Positions 25,794 through 39,763 of a stretch of 64,000 nucleotides of DNA are shown here, piece after piece (position 1 is the stretch's first letter; every line of letters starts with the position of its first letter). The position numbers and the translations under genes were made by a program. Below the pieces are notes generated by a model that did no database searches, was not told the DNA's origin, and worked only from the letters and a program-made list of their open reading frames with translations. Source of the DNA: Phoronis australis (Eukaryota; Animalia; Phoronida). The stretch lies in assembly GCA_002633005.1 (NCBI GenBank), contig NMRA01000354.1, positions 1 through 64,000 on the forward strand. The letters are read 5' to 3'.

Positions 25794-26804
25794 CAGGGCT
25801 CGATGCTATTAAAATCACCAGGTCGCATTTTGCGACCTAGCCAAAATCCCAGGTCGCATTTTCAAAATCCAGCTCGCATTCGTAAATTCCAGGTCGCAAA
25901 ATTTTCCCGCCATTTTTACGGGCCAAAAAAGATTTTTTAGATCATCGAGAAAATGTTTAGATTATGCTCTTACCTGCAGCGTTAAATACTCACAAATTTC
26001 GGATTCAAAATTGACTTCATTCATGCAGGTACGGCCTTACTGTTCTTCACGACCGCCATTGAACGACTCTAGAGCGCAAGGCAAGTTGCCGACGTGAAAG
26101 TTGAATTAGTGCTCTCTAACTGACTTGTGCATTCGAGTAGCTAAATTTGCGATGTGAAAAGGGAGAAAATGCCCGTTGAAAAAGTATCCGGGATTTTGTT
26201 AGATCTAGCCTGCTAGTGGCTGTCATCAAAGTCGTTAACGATTCAAACTAACTCGGGTAAGGGCGAGTTTGCTCTTCAATGCCTTCCGATTACTGAAAAA
26301 TTGGTCAGTCGCAAAACGACACGCGTGTCACTAGTGTTAACTTTCTTTCCGAGGTATGAAACAAAGCCGGGATTTGGTTTTTACATACTGTGAAAAGACG
26401 TTTTTGTAAACTGAAGTTGTGTAAAATGAAAGTGACACACACCATATAAGCTGCAGAACCCGGCGCTTTTCCGTTGCGAGAACGAATGGGAAGGAGGCGT
26501 CGGGCGAGGAGGGGTGTCCTCGAGGCCGCTCTCGAGTTGTTTTTGTCCGGCGGAGTCGAATGTTAACATCCGGGTCCGAAATAAGCGTTTTAATATATAG
26601 ATTCCAACATTTTCAATTTGCAATGTCATGAACGTAAAATCATGCGTCAAGAAATTGTCAATTCGGTACGTAGAGCACGATGTGCTGCGAACTTGAACAA
26701 ATCGCGCATTACCATAAACCATAACAGGCAAAAGTAAAACGGAGTATGTCAAAATCAATTTCTAGTTCGTCAATTTCGAGTGCTAAGATTAGATTCGGGC
26801 CCTG
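25794..26804. mobile_element. Possible hAT-like TIR element (CAGGGCTCG...CGGGCCCTG) that truncates the DIRS relic
   Basis: DIRS coding similarity stops at cagggctcga (25794), followed by subterminal caggtcgcattt repeats. A matching inverted end tcgggccctg lies at ~26804, but no TSD is visible, so the right boundary is uncertain. Confidence 0.45.
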
Positions 26805-29800
26805 ATCTCAACGAAATGCCTAGAAATCATTTTTGATAACGGAAGGCTTTATTAACTGAGCATTTGGAGAGCTACGGTTGAGTCCCGTCCCGTCCCACCC
26901 AGTCCTAACATCCCAAACACTTTCAGAGGACGGAATTTTCAGTGCGCTCTTGTCCTCTGTAATGGTTTGAAAATGACGTCGGTTAGGTCTTTTAAGACCT
27001 GTTGGTCTGCGTCCATGATTTTAATCGTTTCTTAAATACGTATAGACTGTTATGATTGAATAATATTAAATATTACTTGACAATAATAGCGTATATAATA
27101 TTAAAAGCTTACTTGACACTGAATTTTACTTGGGAAAAGGTATCACTTGTGTAGACAGAAGTAGGGGTCTATTCACGAAATTGTTGGCTTCCCGGGGAGG
27201 AAGCAGAAACTAGTGGTAACCTAAGAGATTTTTGCAATGTTTTTCGACTAGGAAGGATTTTTTGTAATAGGCAGTGTGATATTTAACTGGGTAAATACTT
27301 TCCCTGAATTTAGGTATTGTGTTCCAATAGCAGTTAAACTGGCGAAATAAGACCAACTATGAAAAAGCACACAAATGTTTAGTATTGATTGATCTTCACG
27401 TACCGTCAGTTCGTCAGGGGATAACAAAGCGCATACGGAAAATCAACAATGTTGTAGCCTATTTGTTTCCATCTCAGTGATTGCGCCATTTCAATCTTCA
27501 TCCTAATCACCCTAAAATCGAGATGTATTGAAAGCCACTTATGTACATATACGAAATACAACCGCAGTACATACGGATATTAGGCGGATGCCGACTCAGA
27601 ACTGATAGGCGATAATTGTCCCCCTGGACGGAAATCGTTCATCTCATTGGTCAACCGAACTACGTCATCAGTTGAAATGACAAATTAACCATCCTAGACG
27701 TGGGCGTGGTGTGTCACTTTCTTTCCGCTACACCGATAAAAATTACCGAACACAAGCGTAAAAAAACGATTAAATGGTGAAATACCAGTTTTAAGACAGC
27801 AGAGGTAGAATTTAACTTCTCATCTTGTACTTCGATTTAGGGCCGTAGGCAGCAGGGGTACCCCTATAATTTGCAGGCGTCGGTGAACCCTTGGTGATCG
27901 GCATACGTGCAGGGTTGGGGGTATGCGAGAAAACAGTAGAAGAGAAACAATTTAAAACAATATTTGTCAACTACCTGTGTTGTAGTTACCCATAAGAGAC
28001 CTTTGGTTGTACATTTTTGTTGAGGAGGGTCCCAGTGTTTTGTCCACATCGTCTAAACGCACTTGAAAAAGTGCTCTCAGTCATCAAACTTCGAATACGT
28101 CCGAGGGAATTCGTGTGTACTGATTTACAAAGTGAATTCTTAAAACGTTCGAGTTCAAAAAACAATTTGTAAAAACCATTTTTCCAGGGATCTTCTCCAG
28201 AAACAGAAAATGGGATTACCTATAGGTAGTCGATTTCTTTTTCATTTTTTCTTTTTTGAAATTCTATATCTCTCGTTATAATTGTGAACTTGACGGAAAG
28301 GGGCGATAGCGCTGGCATCAGTTGTTGCTTGTTTCGCATGTTTTAATGAAATTACATATCCTTTCATATTTAAGGGTCCCAGCCGTTGGGGAAGGCATGT
28401 CGATGGCATTCGCAGTCACCCTTTACCTGTTCTTGTTAATGTTTTCTTCTTAAGGGGAATTCCGAAGGAATCAAATGCCTCTCTTATCTTTCATTTATGA
28501 AATCGTGTAATCGTTTACGTTAAGAAAAGCCACTTGGTGGAGTGTTACCACTGGAATTGATTTTCACTCCTTTCAACTATATTATTGGTATAGCCTTTCA
28601 TATTAAGGGCCTTCTTTCAGATGGGGTCCTCTCTTGGAGGAGCAACTATAAATTCGGCACTGTCCGTTATTCACGAAGAGAAGAATTTAGACAATATTTT
28701 TCGAGAAAACCACAGAACGTGTTCATGTGAAGGATAGAATTATCAAGACAAGTGAATCAAACAAACCAACTATCAGACTGTATTAAAAACACTTGTATTA
28801 ACCTCCGCTGAGAGGGTGGAGTCTGTCGATGTTATGTAGGACCCAAGAAAATGTCCAAATCGGGCTTGCTTTGGAACATGATATCTCAGAAATGGCAAAT
28901 CATTTGAAAGTTTCCGATACTATGCTTTTTTGAAAACACAACAGTGCTTTCTGTTGGACAGCTTGATATACACTTGCTCATGCTCTCTGTAAAATTTCCG
29001 GTCTTTCGGAGTGCAGCTGTAAAGTAAATTGTCGGGTTGAATTTTGACGTAATCTGGTGCCATTTCGCCAGTTTTATACCATTTCCTCTACCAAGGGAGG
29101 GAAAAAGCCACCAAAACGTATTTACCCGTATTTCAACGAGGGATTTTGAAACAACCCTTCCTTTAAACAGAGTACCAATAAAGTGAGTCTTGGCGTTAGT
29201 CTCACTTTCAGACAGTGTTCTGCCAATCAATTCCGAGAGACGTTATTTCTCTCCATACTTCACCGGATTTCGCTGACCGCAGTAGAATTTTTTTGAAATT
29301 ATCTTACACAACCCCTCCCCCCAAAAGTTAGAGCGTCTTTTTGACGTATTAAAAGGTGTATTTCGTGAAAGGACAACACTAATAGCCAAAATCCTATCCT
29401 AAACGCGTTAGTCGTTTAACGTGTTCAGGTATAAAAAATGATTCTTTACGTTGATTTTTTAAAACCAGGGTAGCAAAGATTCTGGAGGTCCCTTTCAGGG
29501 CCTCGTCCCAAACAGCAAAATCAGCCCACCTATGGGGGCGTGTGCTATATTGGCAATATGGATGAATCAAAATTTTGGTTCTACGAGGAGGGTCAAAAGT
29601 TTGTCGAAGTCAAATAAGTTTGTTTTATTCGCAATAAAATTTACCGTGGCCTTCAATTTTACTGGTATGATTGAAATTAGCATATGCGCGTTTGAAACAC
29701 CTCCGGGGATACTTTGAGGCTGCGAAAATACCCGAGGAGTTCGAAATGCCTCCGGATGTATGCCGTGTTTGAGGGTCCAAAGTTTACCGCACCAAAAAGG

Positions 29801-30812
29801 CAATCTGGCATTAGGGTCACTACGTCCTTAGGTCAAAACGGAGAGTGCAAGATGGCAGACGATTTGATTCGTCCCTGTTAGAGAAAGGTAAAAAAGATGG
29901 AATATGACCGGGTAAGGCCTTCATGGTTTCCTAATTATCCCAAGGAAATTTGATTTGATTAGTGCTAGCCCACTCAACAAGTATTTCTCTTCCATTCTTC
30001 TGGTTTGTGCTCATTCCACAAAGTTGCTTTTCAGCTCTGAGCTGAGTATTGACCACTCTGTAACAGGAATGATCACGCAAGTCGTCTTTTTGTTTTATTT
30101 GGTCTCAGTTATTAAACCTAATCACAAAGTAAATTGATCTTGGAAATCTGTCTGTCAAATAGTGAGAGAGTACCATTGTGGAGAGGTATTTACACCTAAG
30201 CAATCGCTAATTTCCAAGTGAATAAATAATCAACTATAGCTGAAACAGAGAACCCAGTGCATTTATTCTGAATCGAATGTTGGCGCTAACTGAAGGTGGG
30301 AAATATGTAGGTTATAAAATTGAGCGTTGCCTAATAATGATATTTTATCGGAAGAGATTCTTTAAAAGAGCTACCATTTCCTTCAAATAGACAACCCATC
30401 TCTAGCGATGCAGCGTGTCAGCTCACTAACACGCTTAAGGAATGCTAATATCTTAACTTGACGCACGTAATTAATTATCTTTTTATATTTTTTAATAATT
30501 TTTCATGTCTAGACCTTCCCCAAAACGTTGAACAATTTTGTACAGACAACCGCATACCGTGATAAAAAGATCGATTGTTTCTAAATTCCATGCCTGTCCA
30601 CCAATCACTTTAGTATCGGCCATTTTACTAGTTAACTCGAGTAAGGTCTCACTCTCGAGGTTAGTCGCGAAACATTTCAATTTGGCTCGGTTGATTTAGC
30701 GTGGTCTTGCGTGATATCGCTTTTCCCGAAAGAAACTTGCTTTACGAGACGTACCCCCGGACTTCACCAGAAAAAATAGGAGATCAAGCCAAGTACTGCC
30801 ATGGGTACCATG

Positions 30813-31088
30813 GAATCGTACGCACGAGCATCGCATCTTACGCACGAACAACCTACGAAGCTATGAATCCTGCATACGAACCCATGAATCATGCGTATGA
30901 ACACAAAAATCACGTCTACGAAAAAAATCATACGTACGAACACTTAATCGTTTGGTGGTTCGTGCGTATGATTCGGATGTTCGTGCGTATGAATTGGGCT
31001 CGTAGGCGTAGTTTTTGGGTTCGTATGCATGATTCATGAGTTTGTATGCATGATTCATAGTTTCGTAGGTGGTTCGTGCGTATGATTG
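30813..31088. mobile_element. Palindromic (foldback) MITE built from ATCATACGCACGAAC-like units
   Basis: Left arm tacgcacgaacaacctacgaagctatgaatc... mirrors right arm ...gattcatagtttcgtaggtggttcgtgcgta. This explains the repetitive ORFs at 30701-31119. Confidence 0.8.
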
Positions 31089-33303
31089 TAAGGTGTCCCT
31101 GACTGAAGTACTTACTCATATGTTAAGCGTAATATTTGAATTAATGTGTGCAGAGTGGATATTCAGCTAAAAGGCATCGCAAAGTCTTGTTCTATATTAT
31201 CCGTGGTGTATAGAGAGAGCAATGATTAAATTGACGAAAGCACGCTACCGAGCTCGCGTTTCACTTCCACAAATTAAATCTCCATTTACTAAAAAGTTTC
31301 CTTTTATGTTCAAATAAATAATTTATATCAAAGAATACCAGTGTAAAAAGCATCAGAGAAAATTTTATGTAAGGTATTTTTCAAGGTTTAGTGAGTTAGG
31401 TGCGGTCTCGCAAAATCACACGGATATCTTTACTAAAGCTAAAGCATATCACGGGCTTCATGCTGCACGAGCGTGGCCAGAGCTCAAACGTGCGAGTCTC
31501 AGCTTGATTTCCTGTCGCATCACTGTGGAATTTGATTGGGTGTCGGAAAGTGTAAAAAATGAGAATTTCATTGTTCAACTTTATACTGTTTAACCACAAT
31601 ATGATCTTGCGTTCTTTGTTTGGCTCAGTTATATTAAACCACCGCTATTGCTTCGATTCAATTACTCGTTGTTAATTCAATATTTTGAATTTACGTGCTA
31701 AGCAAGGCATATTTTCCCTCGAGATCACAAATCATCAATGAACGAGAACTGGCTCACGGACGCGATGGCTACGAATACAATTCTCGCATAGCGTCTTCCT
31801 CGCTTACGAACTGCTAGGGTGATGTCGTTCTTTACTCAGGCATAATGACAACTTTTTTCTCCCAAGAAACGCTATCACTAACACCTCCACGACCACGCGC
31901 AGTTTCAACAGCTTTCGCTGTCAGTACCCTAGTTTCTGATAGTTGTTTTTAACTAACAACTGATGACGGTGTGCGAGAAAAGAAACACTTTTCGTGAGAA
32001 AAGAATTGTGTTGAAAAGAAGAAAATGTTAATCAACGTTAGTGGCAAAGCCTTGTAGTTTGTTAAGGAGGAAATTTTGCCGCAATTATACGTTGACTGGT
32101 CTTGTATAATTGCATACAGTTGCTCGTTATCAGCAATGGATGTGCACTTTCGTTCTATCAAGGGATTTTTTTCTCGTTTCGAGTGTTTATCGACGACAGT
32201 CACAACATCAAAACTTAATATTCGATCTAATTGTATTATTTCGTCATCAAAAAATGATAAGAGATACTTTCCAAATTTTGTCTCCTTTTGTGATATTCTA
32301 TTGTTTGGTGCAGTTGCTCTTGCCATATGCTATTAAAGTGGAACTTGCAGGCTAATTCCTTATCTCTGTGACTGCTTGACCACATTAGTTAGAAACACAA
32401 CATATAGCGACCATGTGAATTTGAAGTAGGTTGAAAGTTGCCAAATGTTTTTAAAAACGAAGTTTGTGGCGAAAATCATCCGCAAATCACTGAACTGGGT
32501 CCAGTAAGTATCGTGACGTGGTGCTGGGGAATAACATTGCATGACGCGGGCCATGGAAGCCCGCAAGGTGCGTCATTACTGCACAGGTCATTTATTTGCG
32601 GTTAATTATTTTCACACGTTGTCAATGAACACACAATTGTACGTTGTTTGACGTTGTCGTTTAGCTCCTGCTATACATTAGCATAGTTAGAAGCATGCAA
32701 ATATATTTTTAACATTGGTAACAGTCGTTTTTGAACCGTCCCCTTTTTTATTTTCGGTATCACTTGACGTTTTTGAAAGGTCGTTTTTAGAATATCCGCC
32801 GTTGGACTATTTTCGGAAATTCCCGGTATCCATTTTATCTTTAATCTAAAAACCTTATAGGTCACGATCTCGAAAGAATACCATTCTCTGTTTCCTCGTA
32901 GACAAACTAGAATTAAAAGGGTGACGTAGCACTCTTATTACTCAACTTTTTCCATGCTTAATTACGTAATTAATTGCTAATGTCATTATTTCTGTTGTTG
33001 ATCTATGATATCGGAGAGAATATTGCGAAACGATGCCATAGGATATGATTATTTAGTATTGTTGCATTGATAAAGCAAAAATGAACTGTCAATCAGACGT
33101 ATTATTAGTTGGCTGACGTTTCATGAAAACACAATTTGCGTCTATATAACATAAAAATAATTGCACGCGATTGTACCAGGCGTGTACAGGCCATGCATGT
33201 GGGCCCATGGAACTAATCACCTGGAACCATTTTTTTGCTGGATGAATATATAGTTAAAACCGAGCTGAAAAGCTACAAGCCTGACTCAAGGGTTTTGCAG
33301 TGT

Positions 33304-33380
33304 GGCACTGTAGCACTCGAACCCACGACCTCGAGTACAGAAAGAAGCCACCCATCACACTAGGTCACACTACCTCCTCT
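33304..33380 (-). repeat. Decayed tRNA-derived (SINE-head-like) segment
   Basis: Minus strand reads gtagtgtgacctagtg...gaggtcgtgggttcgagtgctac, with an A-box-like motif and B box GGTTCGAGT. Confidence 0.45.
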
Positions 33381-36300
33381 AGTTCGCGTTTGCCTCCCAT
33401 TTGACGTCCACTGCCAGAAACACAACGCTTATCCGGAAAAAAATCTGAATTCAGAATTTCAATAGTATTCTCGTCACAGAAATTGGATTCACCTGACTAT
33501 AGAACTTCAGGAAAACTTAATATAAAATCACCATTTATTAACAAAAGCTTAGGGCCTGTTAGTCTAGTACCCACCCACAGGGTGTCCATAGGAGACCCAG
33601 AAATTCTTGGTAGTATATAGAGAATCGTACACTCGTCTCAGGTTTTTGACATGGGCAAAACCTATTGGAAATTTTGTCAAAATCCCGAGACTTGTCGAGG
33701 GATTTTGACGAAATTTCCAACTCCATGCAAGAGGTTTTGCCCATGTCATGAATCCGAGACGAATATAGGATTTGTTTTCTCACATGAACCGTAAAAACGA
33801 TCTTTTTGCCGAAAAAATAGACTTGTCTAAAACTTTCAACAACATAACGCAACTTTTGTAAAAACACGCTTGCGCAATGTAAAGTAATTCAGTTATTTTT
33901 GTTAATAGTTTTATTTTAAACTTAACAATTGTAAATTGCATCCAGATTTCGTAGTAAGTATTCAAGTTAAAATCTTATAAATAGTCTTTGAACTTGTTAT
34001 ATTAAAACCTAAAAAAATGTTTATAAATAACAGTCCGCAAGGCTTCCCCGCGCGCGAGCACTGAACTGACCTTGGCACAGCACAGCCGTCTCTCCGCGTT
34101 TCTTGAGTTGGGGCTCGTCTCCATTTGAATAAACGTGGATTTAGAAGTCGCCGCCGAAGATGGGTCCGTTTAAAAAGTTGTTTGCATGTGCTTCCGACTG
34201 GAAGTACGTACAGTTGCGACACCCGATTTGTCAATCATAGCCTTGTCACCTTCTCGGAAATTCCGGCATTGTTTGGTTGGCGCTCGTTTGCTTGTTTCAG
34301 TGTTTTGCAGACGATAAAATGTAAGGCGCATGGATACCTACTTTGCCCTACTTTGAGATTCGCCCATGTAATAACAAAAAATACGTACTCGGTGAGAAAA
34401 ATTTTTTTGATTGTTTTACGTTGAGGTGGCCCCCTTGAAGCACTTTAGCTAGGTTGTAATCCTGACAACTTTGAGCATTTTTAAATATGCAAAATTCTAT
34501 TTTTTCTTATAATTTCCTTAGCCAGTACTATAGGTAAATTATTTGCCTACACCGCCTTTGCGTTGTCACTGTGATCACATGTACCACAAAAGAGACGCTT
34601 CAGTCACCAGGTGGAGATACCAGTTCGACACTGAGTTGACTCACCCAAAAATTGGCAATGAAAGGGTTGAAGAAATCGACAACTTTTCAAGAGTACGCTG
34701 TAAATTAGTCCGCGTAGAACAATTTTAAATCCAGGTTGAAAGCGATACTTTTCAAGAGTACAATATCTTTCTACATTTTAAATTTTACATTGCAATTGCT
34801 CTCCATAAAAATCGGGTTGTCGTTGGCGAGTGACGAATCAAATCAACGGTTGCCTGAAAAACGTGTATCTACATTCCCCAACATGTTCATAAATAAATGC
34901 AAACCAGATTTACTGGTTCGGCTTGTAATGCCTATATTAAAACTGCCTATCCCAAATATTTTAAAATTTCCAATTGGCAGGGCTACACGCTAACTGTACA
35001 GTACCATCATAGCAGAGACTAGACGGCTTTGATTTATTCTGGTTCATGGTTGGTCGTAGAAATGTCGTCGAGAAACTTAGCAAAGAAGGCTGACCCTTTC
35101 AACAATTACAAGTTCACAGATTAGACCCTTCATCATAATAATTTTCTTTCACTTTTAATTCCATGTTGACATTTACAATCTCACTCTTCTCGTACCAACT
35201 CACGTGACTTTCCAAATAAGTAAGTCACTAAAATCAGAAAATTGACTGTATTTTTGGATTGCACATACACACACACATCTCTTTAAACCGGCAAAAGTCA
35301 ACAAAAGAAACTTTTTAAAGTCTAAGGTCTAATGCTCATGCTGCAACATCTGTGAACCATACACATCAGCATTTTAAGCACGCGATTTTTAAATCAGCGA
35401 TTTTCCAGGTTACACTTTGATAGAGTTAGGACCAAGATGATGGAGTCTCTAAACTATCCCAGTGCGGCGACGTCACACTTTCTTTCCCAATTTTTGGCAA
35501 AAGTAACAATACCATCACAAACTTTTAACATTTCACGTAATGCCTTGGTTACGTGACATCGGTGGACGCTTGGCCGATCCCTCCTACCATGTTCTATTCT
35601 TCACGTGACCAAGGCGCCTAATAAAGCATGGACAGTTGACCCGCTTTCTTGACCCAGGTCATCCATCGAAATATGGTAATATGGTAGATCGTGAGTGAGT
35701 ACACACTCCCCTGTAATTTTTCCACTTAGTGCAAAAATAAGCTTTACTAATAAGAGCGTTTGTGAACTCAAATTTTCATAAAATGAAGTGTTATCTTAAA
35801 GTGAAGCGCATGGAATATCCTTTCAAGCAAATGTCGCTGACGTACACGTTTTTTATCTGCTCAAACTTGGCCACTTTTCTCACACGATCAATAACGTCAC
35901 AGACGTAGATTGATGGGACCTTGTGATGCAAAAGAACGGCAATATGGGAACGAAACATGGCGCAATTTTTAATTCGAGACCCTGCAGATTTGAATGACGG
36001 AATGTGGGGTAAAGAATAATGCTAAAAGATTCCCAAGAGAATATGACTCGCCTTTGTTTCCGTTGCTCTGTTATCAACTTGAATGATGTCATCTCCCCTT
36101 AGATTATTTGTCTAGTATTTGTCCAGAACGATTTTGATTTGTATCCACTTTCCTTAAGTATCCTCTTGCGCAAACGCTCTTGAAAATGCGACCGCATAAT
36201 TTTCTTAATTGTCTAAGTCCCTGGGCATATTGATGATAAGTAATATTGACATAACCAAGTTGTGACAGCATCTGCTTGTTTTTTATATTCTTGAGTCACA

Positions 36301-36934
36301 TAAATATTTGTCTCTTCGCAATACATTACACGATATTTTGAAATGAGTCATGCCACCCTATTTTGGTTAATAATTTGACTAAACATAGGTTTCTTTCGAG
36401 ACAAATAAGTTTAAAACCCCACGTCGTCGTCGTTCCCTTCACAAAAAGTATTATTATCGGAAGTATTGCAATCACAAAATAGCATGTCAAATCTGTATGC
36501 GATAAATTACGTTGCTTTCAAGAGTACTCGATCACGTTTAGGCGGGATTGTGCAGCTGGAGTTCGAGTACTATTTTTCGCTTTACGTTTTACACAACTGT
36601 ACGTAATTTTAGAATATGTCAAAGTATTGTTTTTTCTTAGCAAGTAATGGATCCTACTGGAGCGTTTTCCATTGGACGTCAGATTCTCCGAATTTAAACA
36701 AACTTCTCCTTGCCGATGACGTGGTGTTTCTTTCCTGTACGGTTTGTTTGTTTACTGAAAATGTGACTTGGTGTAGTTTATTGGGTAAGACTTCGCTCAA
36801 AGAAGTGACTCTCTTTGGCTCCGCAGCTCACGGGAGCACCCATGGGTAGTTTCTCTTTGAGAACTAACAAATGTTAGCTTGTTTGCACAATCATACTTGC
36901 TGATTGCATTTTACCCATAATTATCTAATTGTTA

Positions 36935-38840
36935 AGGAGAATACCACCGAAAAAACGACGTATTTTGCATCAGTTTAGATCGAGTAGTTCCATTCGATAA
37001 CAGCAAGCTCAGTTCTGACACCAGACGGCAGACGGAAGTGTTGAAATTAGCCAATGACGTCACAGGTTCTAACACAGACTGATCACCAGTTCACACGACG
37101 CTTAATGGTTTCAGCTTATCGCTTGAATTCATCATTTTGAACCGATAAATCATAAAAATTCGATGTAAAACCTTTACAAATACATTGAGTTTTTAAGCAA
37201 ATGAATTATTTTATTTCGCTGTTACGGATTTATAGAAATTTTGAACGTACCGTTGCCTATAAATTTTGGTAGGCCAACTTACCGAGGTCGGTCACGGGAG
37301 GTTTGGAGTCTGTTAGGTGGTAAAATAGAATTATTCTTCCTTGAAATACAGACAGAAGAGCATAGCCGTGTGTTGTAATTTTAGACTTGCGAATAATTTC
37401 AGTTCTAAATACAAAACGCTTGTTATAACCCAGTGGCTCGGAAACCCTTCAGGCTCATCGCGACCGGACTGGAAACTTAACGAACAGTAAACCAGCCGGG
37501 TGAGTAGGCTGAAAAAGTTAGAATATAAACTTCCAGTCACGAAAAGACTAGACTAGTCATAGGCGGATTTAGGGGGGGCGAGGGGGCCCGGATCCCCCCC
37601 CCCCTTGGCTTCCGCAAAAAAATAAAACAGCAAGAGCGTAGAGAAATATTGAGTTTATCAATTAACCCAGGCAATTAAAATTATACGGATCAAACAAGAT
37701 TTAAATGTGTGCAGTTTTAGTGTTTGGGGGGGGGCTCAGATCCAATTTCAAGTGTCAAATTCGGAACACGGCGCAATCGTAACGGAACTATGGCTAAGTA
37801 TAGGCTCTCCCGCGATATCCCAGGCGACCGGCAGTGGCGCTGAGCACTACGACTCCATTTCCGTCGTCTGCTCCCGTGTGCAATGAAGAAAATTTACTTC
37901 ATTTTTTAAAGAAAATGGAACCTGAAGATGAAAAAACAGAAGCTGCTGGTAAGATGTGAATTTTAATCGAAGCCTTAGTGATTCACTCAAACTCATAATC
38001 TCTCTTAATTTTTGTCAAACCTTAACTTAAGACGATTTCCAAAGCAATCCCGTCATTATTGCCAACACGAAAAACGGATTTGGTCTTTTGGGCATTTGAA
38101 GATTATTTTAAATACAATAAATTTGTTACGAACCGAGTGCACAATATATAAAACGTGTAATAAGCATTACAAAAAGAAGTAGGTTTCGCGCTCAAACGCT
38201 GTGGACCATAAACAAGTAGGTATCTTAGTATTAAATTAGGAGTTAAATCGTGGTGGTGTAGTGGTAAAGCACGCGCGCTCTATCCGCCAGGTCAAGAGTT
38301 CGAGTTTGTGTAGTTTTTCCTGTTTGACACGTTCACCTTTTTCTTACCTTTTTTCTTGGATAATACTTCAGGAATCAAGGAAAATGCTTGATTTTTAGAG
38401 GAACCCCCCTCCCGACCTCCCCCCATTCCGTGCTATGCGCATCAGTTTTATATGAACATTGTTGAGGGTAAAATAATTCATTTTGAAACAGAGTAATGCC
38501 GGACACACATACGGAGATATTTCACGGCCCCATTCTTCGTATTAACGGCGTACTTTTCATTCTTTGCTGCCGGGAACCACTTCCAAAAAAATCCGGGTTC
38601 TTGAGAAAATCGAAACAACCATGTACCCGCTTTAATCGCAGCTTCATGGTTCGCACAAGTGAACGATACGTCACACCATAGCGGCACACACTCAGCTGGA
38701 GAACCACTGAAACCACTGACGTCGCTGAGTCGTGTAGTCACAATCCACACAGGTTAACGCGACACCTCTCGGCGATGTGAGATGGAATGTATGCGAGGTG
38801 ATGTGGATTATAGACTAATTAGATCGAGTGGAATTCTCCT
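36935..38840 (-). mobile_element. Kolobok-like non-autonomous element with THAP remnant, interrupted by a nested TIR element
   Basis: Ends tta|aggagaataccacc and gtggaattctcct|ttaa. Homologous in reverse orientation to 56860-58549. THAP-like ORF at 38478-38750 reads C...CAN...LFRF...KW...CVRHY. Confidence 0.75.
37558..38443 (+). mobile_element. Second copy of the 18335-19324 element, right end missing
   Basis: Starts cataggcggatttagggg and aligns continuously with 18335-~19245, then switches abruptly to Kolobok-like sequence. Confidence 0.85.
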
Positions 38841-39505
38841 TTAATGAGTCAACTCACAAAATTGGTTGAACGACTGGCTTTAGTGAAAGCGACAGTGTTG
38901 ATCGGCTCGGTTTGAATAGCTACAAAACACTGAGTTCGTGCGCCAACGACACTTCTTGTAATGGCATTCCGCTTTTACTAGGAAAAGATCATTATTTATT
39001 TAAAGTAAGCTGGAAATTACAAATCCCTCTGTTAGCAAGAGAAGTGAGGGCAAATATTAGCCTCTCTGTGACCCGCTATCTTTGAAGGAAAATTCATAAT
39101 TGACCCGGGTCAAAAATGTGTTAATCGGTCTTGCGACAAGTTAAGTCCTCCTTTAATCAGTAGCCAACTAATGTCTCGAGACAAAGTCGCCAGGAGATAT
39201 GTGTCATACCACTTGGCGCGCGCAGTGTTAAAATGGCCAGTTGCAGATTTGGGGAACTGAACTGATGTTTTAATCAGTGTGAGGAATAATTCGCCGAAAA
39301 GCTTCCGGTGTATCAAATGCCTATAGCAGCTTCACCGTCTCTAGTTCAGACAGAGACGGTAGTCACTGTCTAGATGTTCTGGTAAGCTACTTCATAGCAC
39401 ACAATTAGCCGTAAAACTACTTCCATGCAGTGTGACGGCACTTGAAAGAGTCCAGTGGTGTTCTACCATTGAGCGTCTTCTTTGCCGATTCTGTTAGCTA
39501 CATTG

Positions 39506-39763
39506 CATAGGCGGATTTAGAGGGGGGGCAGGAAGACAGCAATAGCGTTAGGAAATGTCGAGTTTACTAATTAACCCTCGTGTTGACGAAGCGGCCGAAA
39601 CAAGTTGTTTTAATCTTGCGGTTGCATTTCAGCAAGAGGTCCATACTCTCAGAAGTCCAAGCCCTCCTTCATTTCAGGCTGGGTGCGCGCATGCAGTCGT
39701 GCTTAATGCGATTGCCCGACACAAAGTGTTGTCCCCCCTTTTGGTGTCCTAGATCCGCCACTG
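39506..39763 (+). mobile_element. 258-bp MITE with the same TIRs as 18335-19324
   Basis: cataggcggatttag...cctagatccgccactg, flanked on both sides by ACATTG. Confidence 0.85.

Noticed and set aside
30701-31119. Repetitive ORFs (MNHAYE repeats)
   Set aside because: By-products of the palindromic MITE units.
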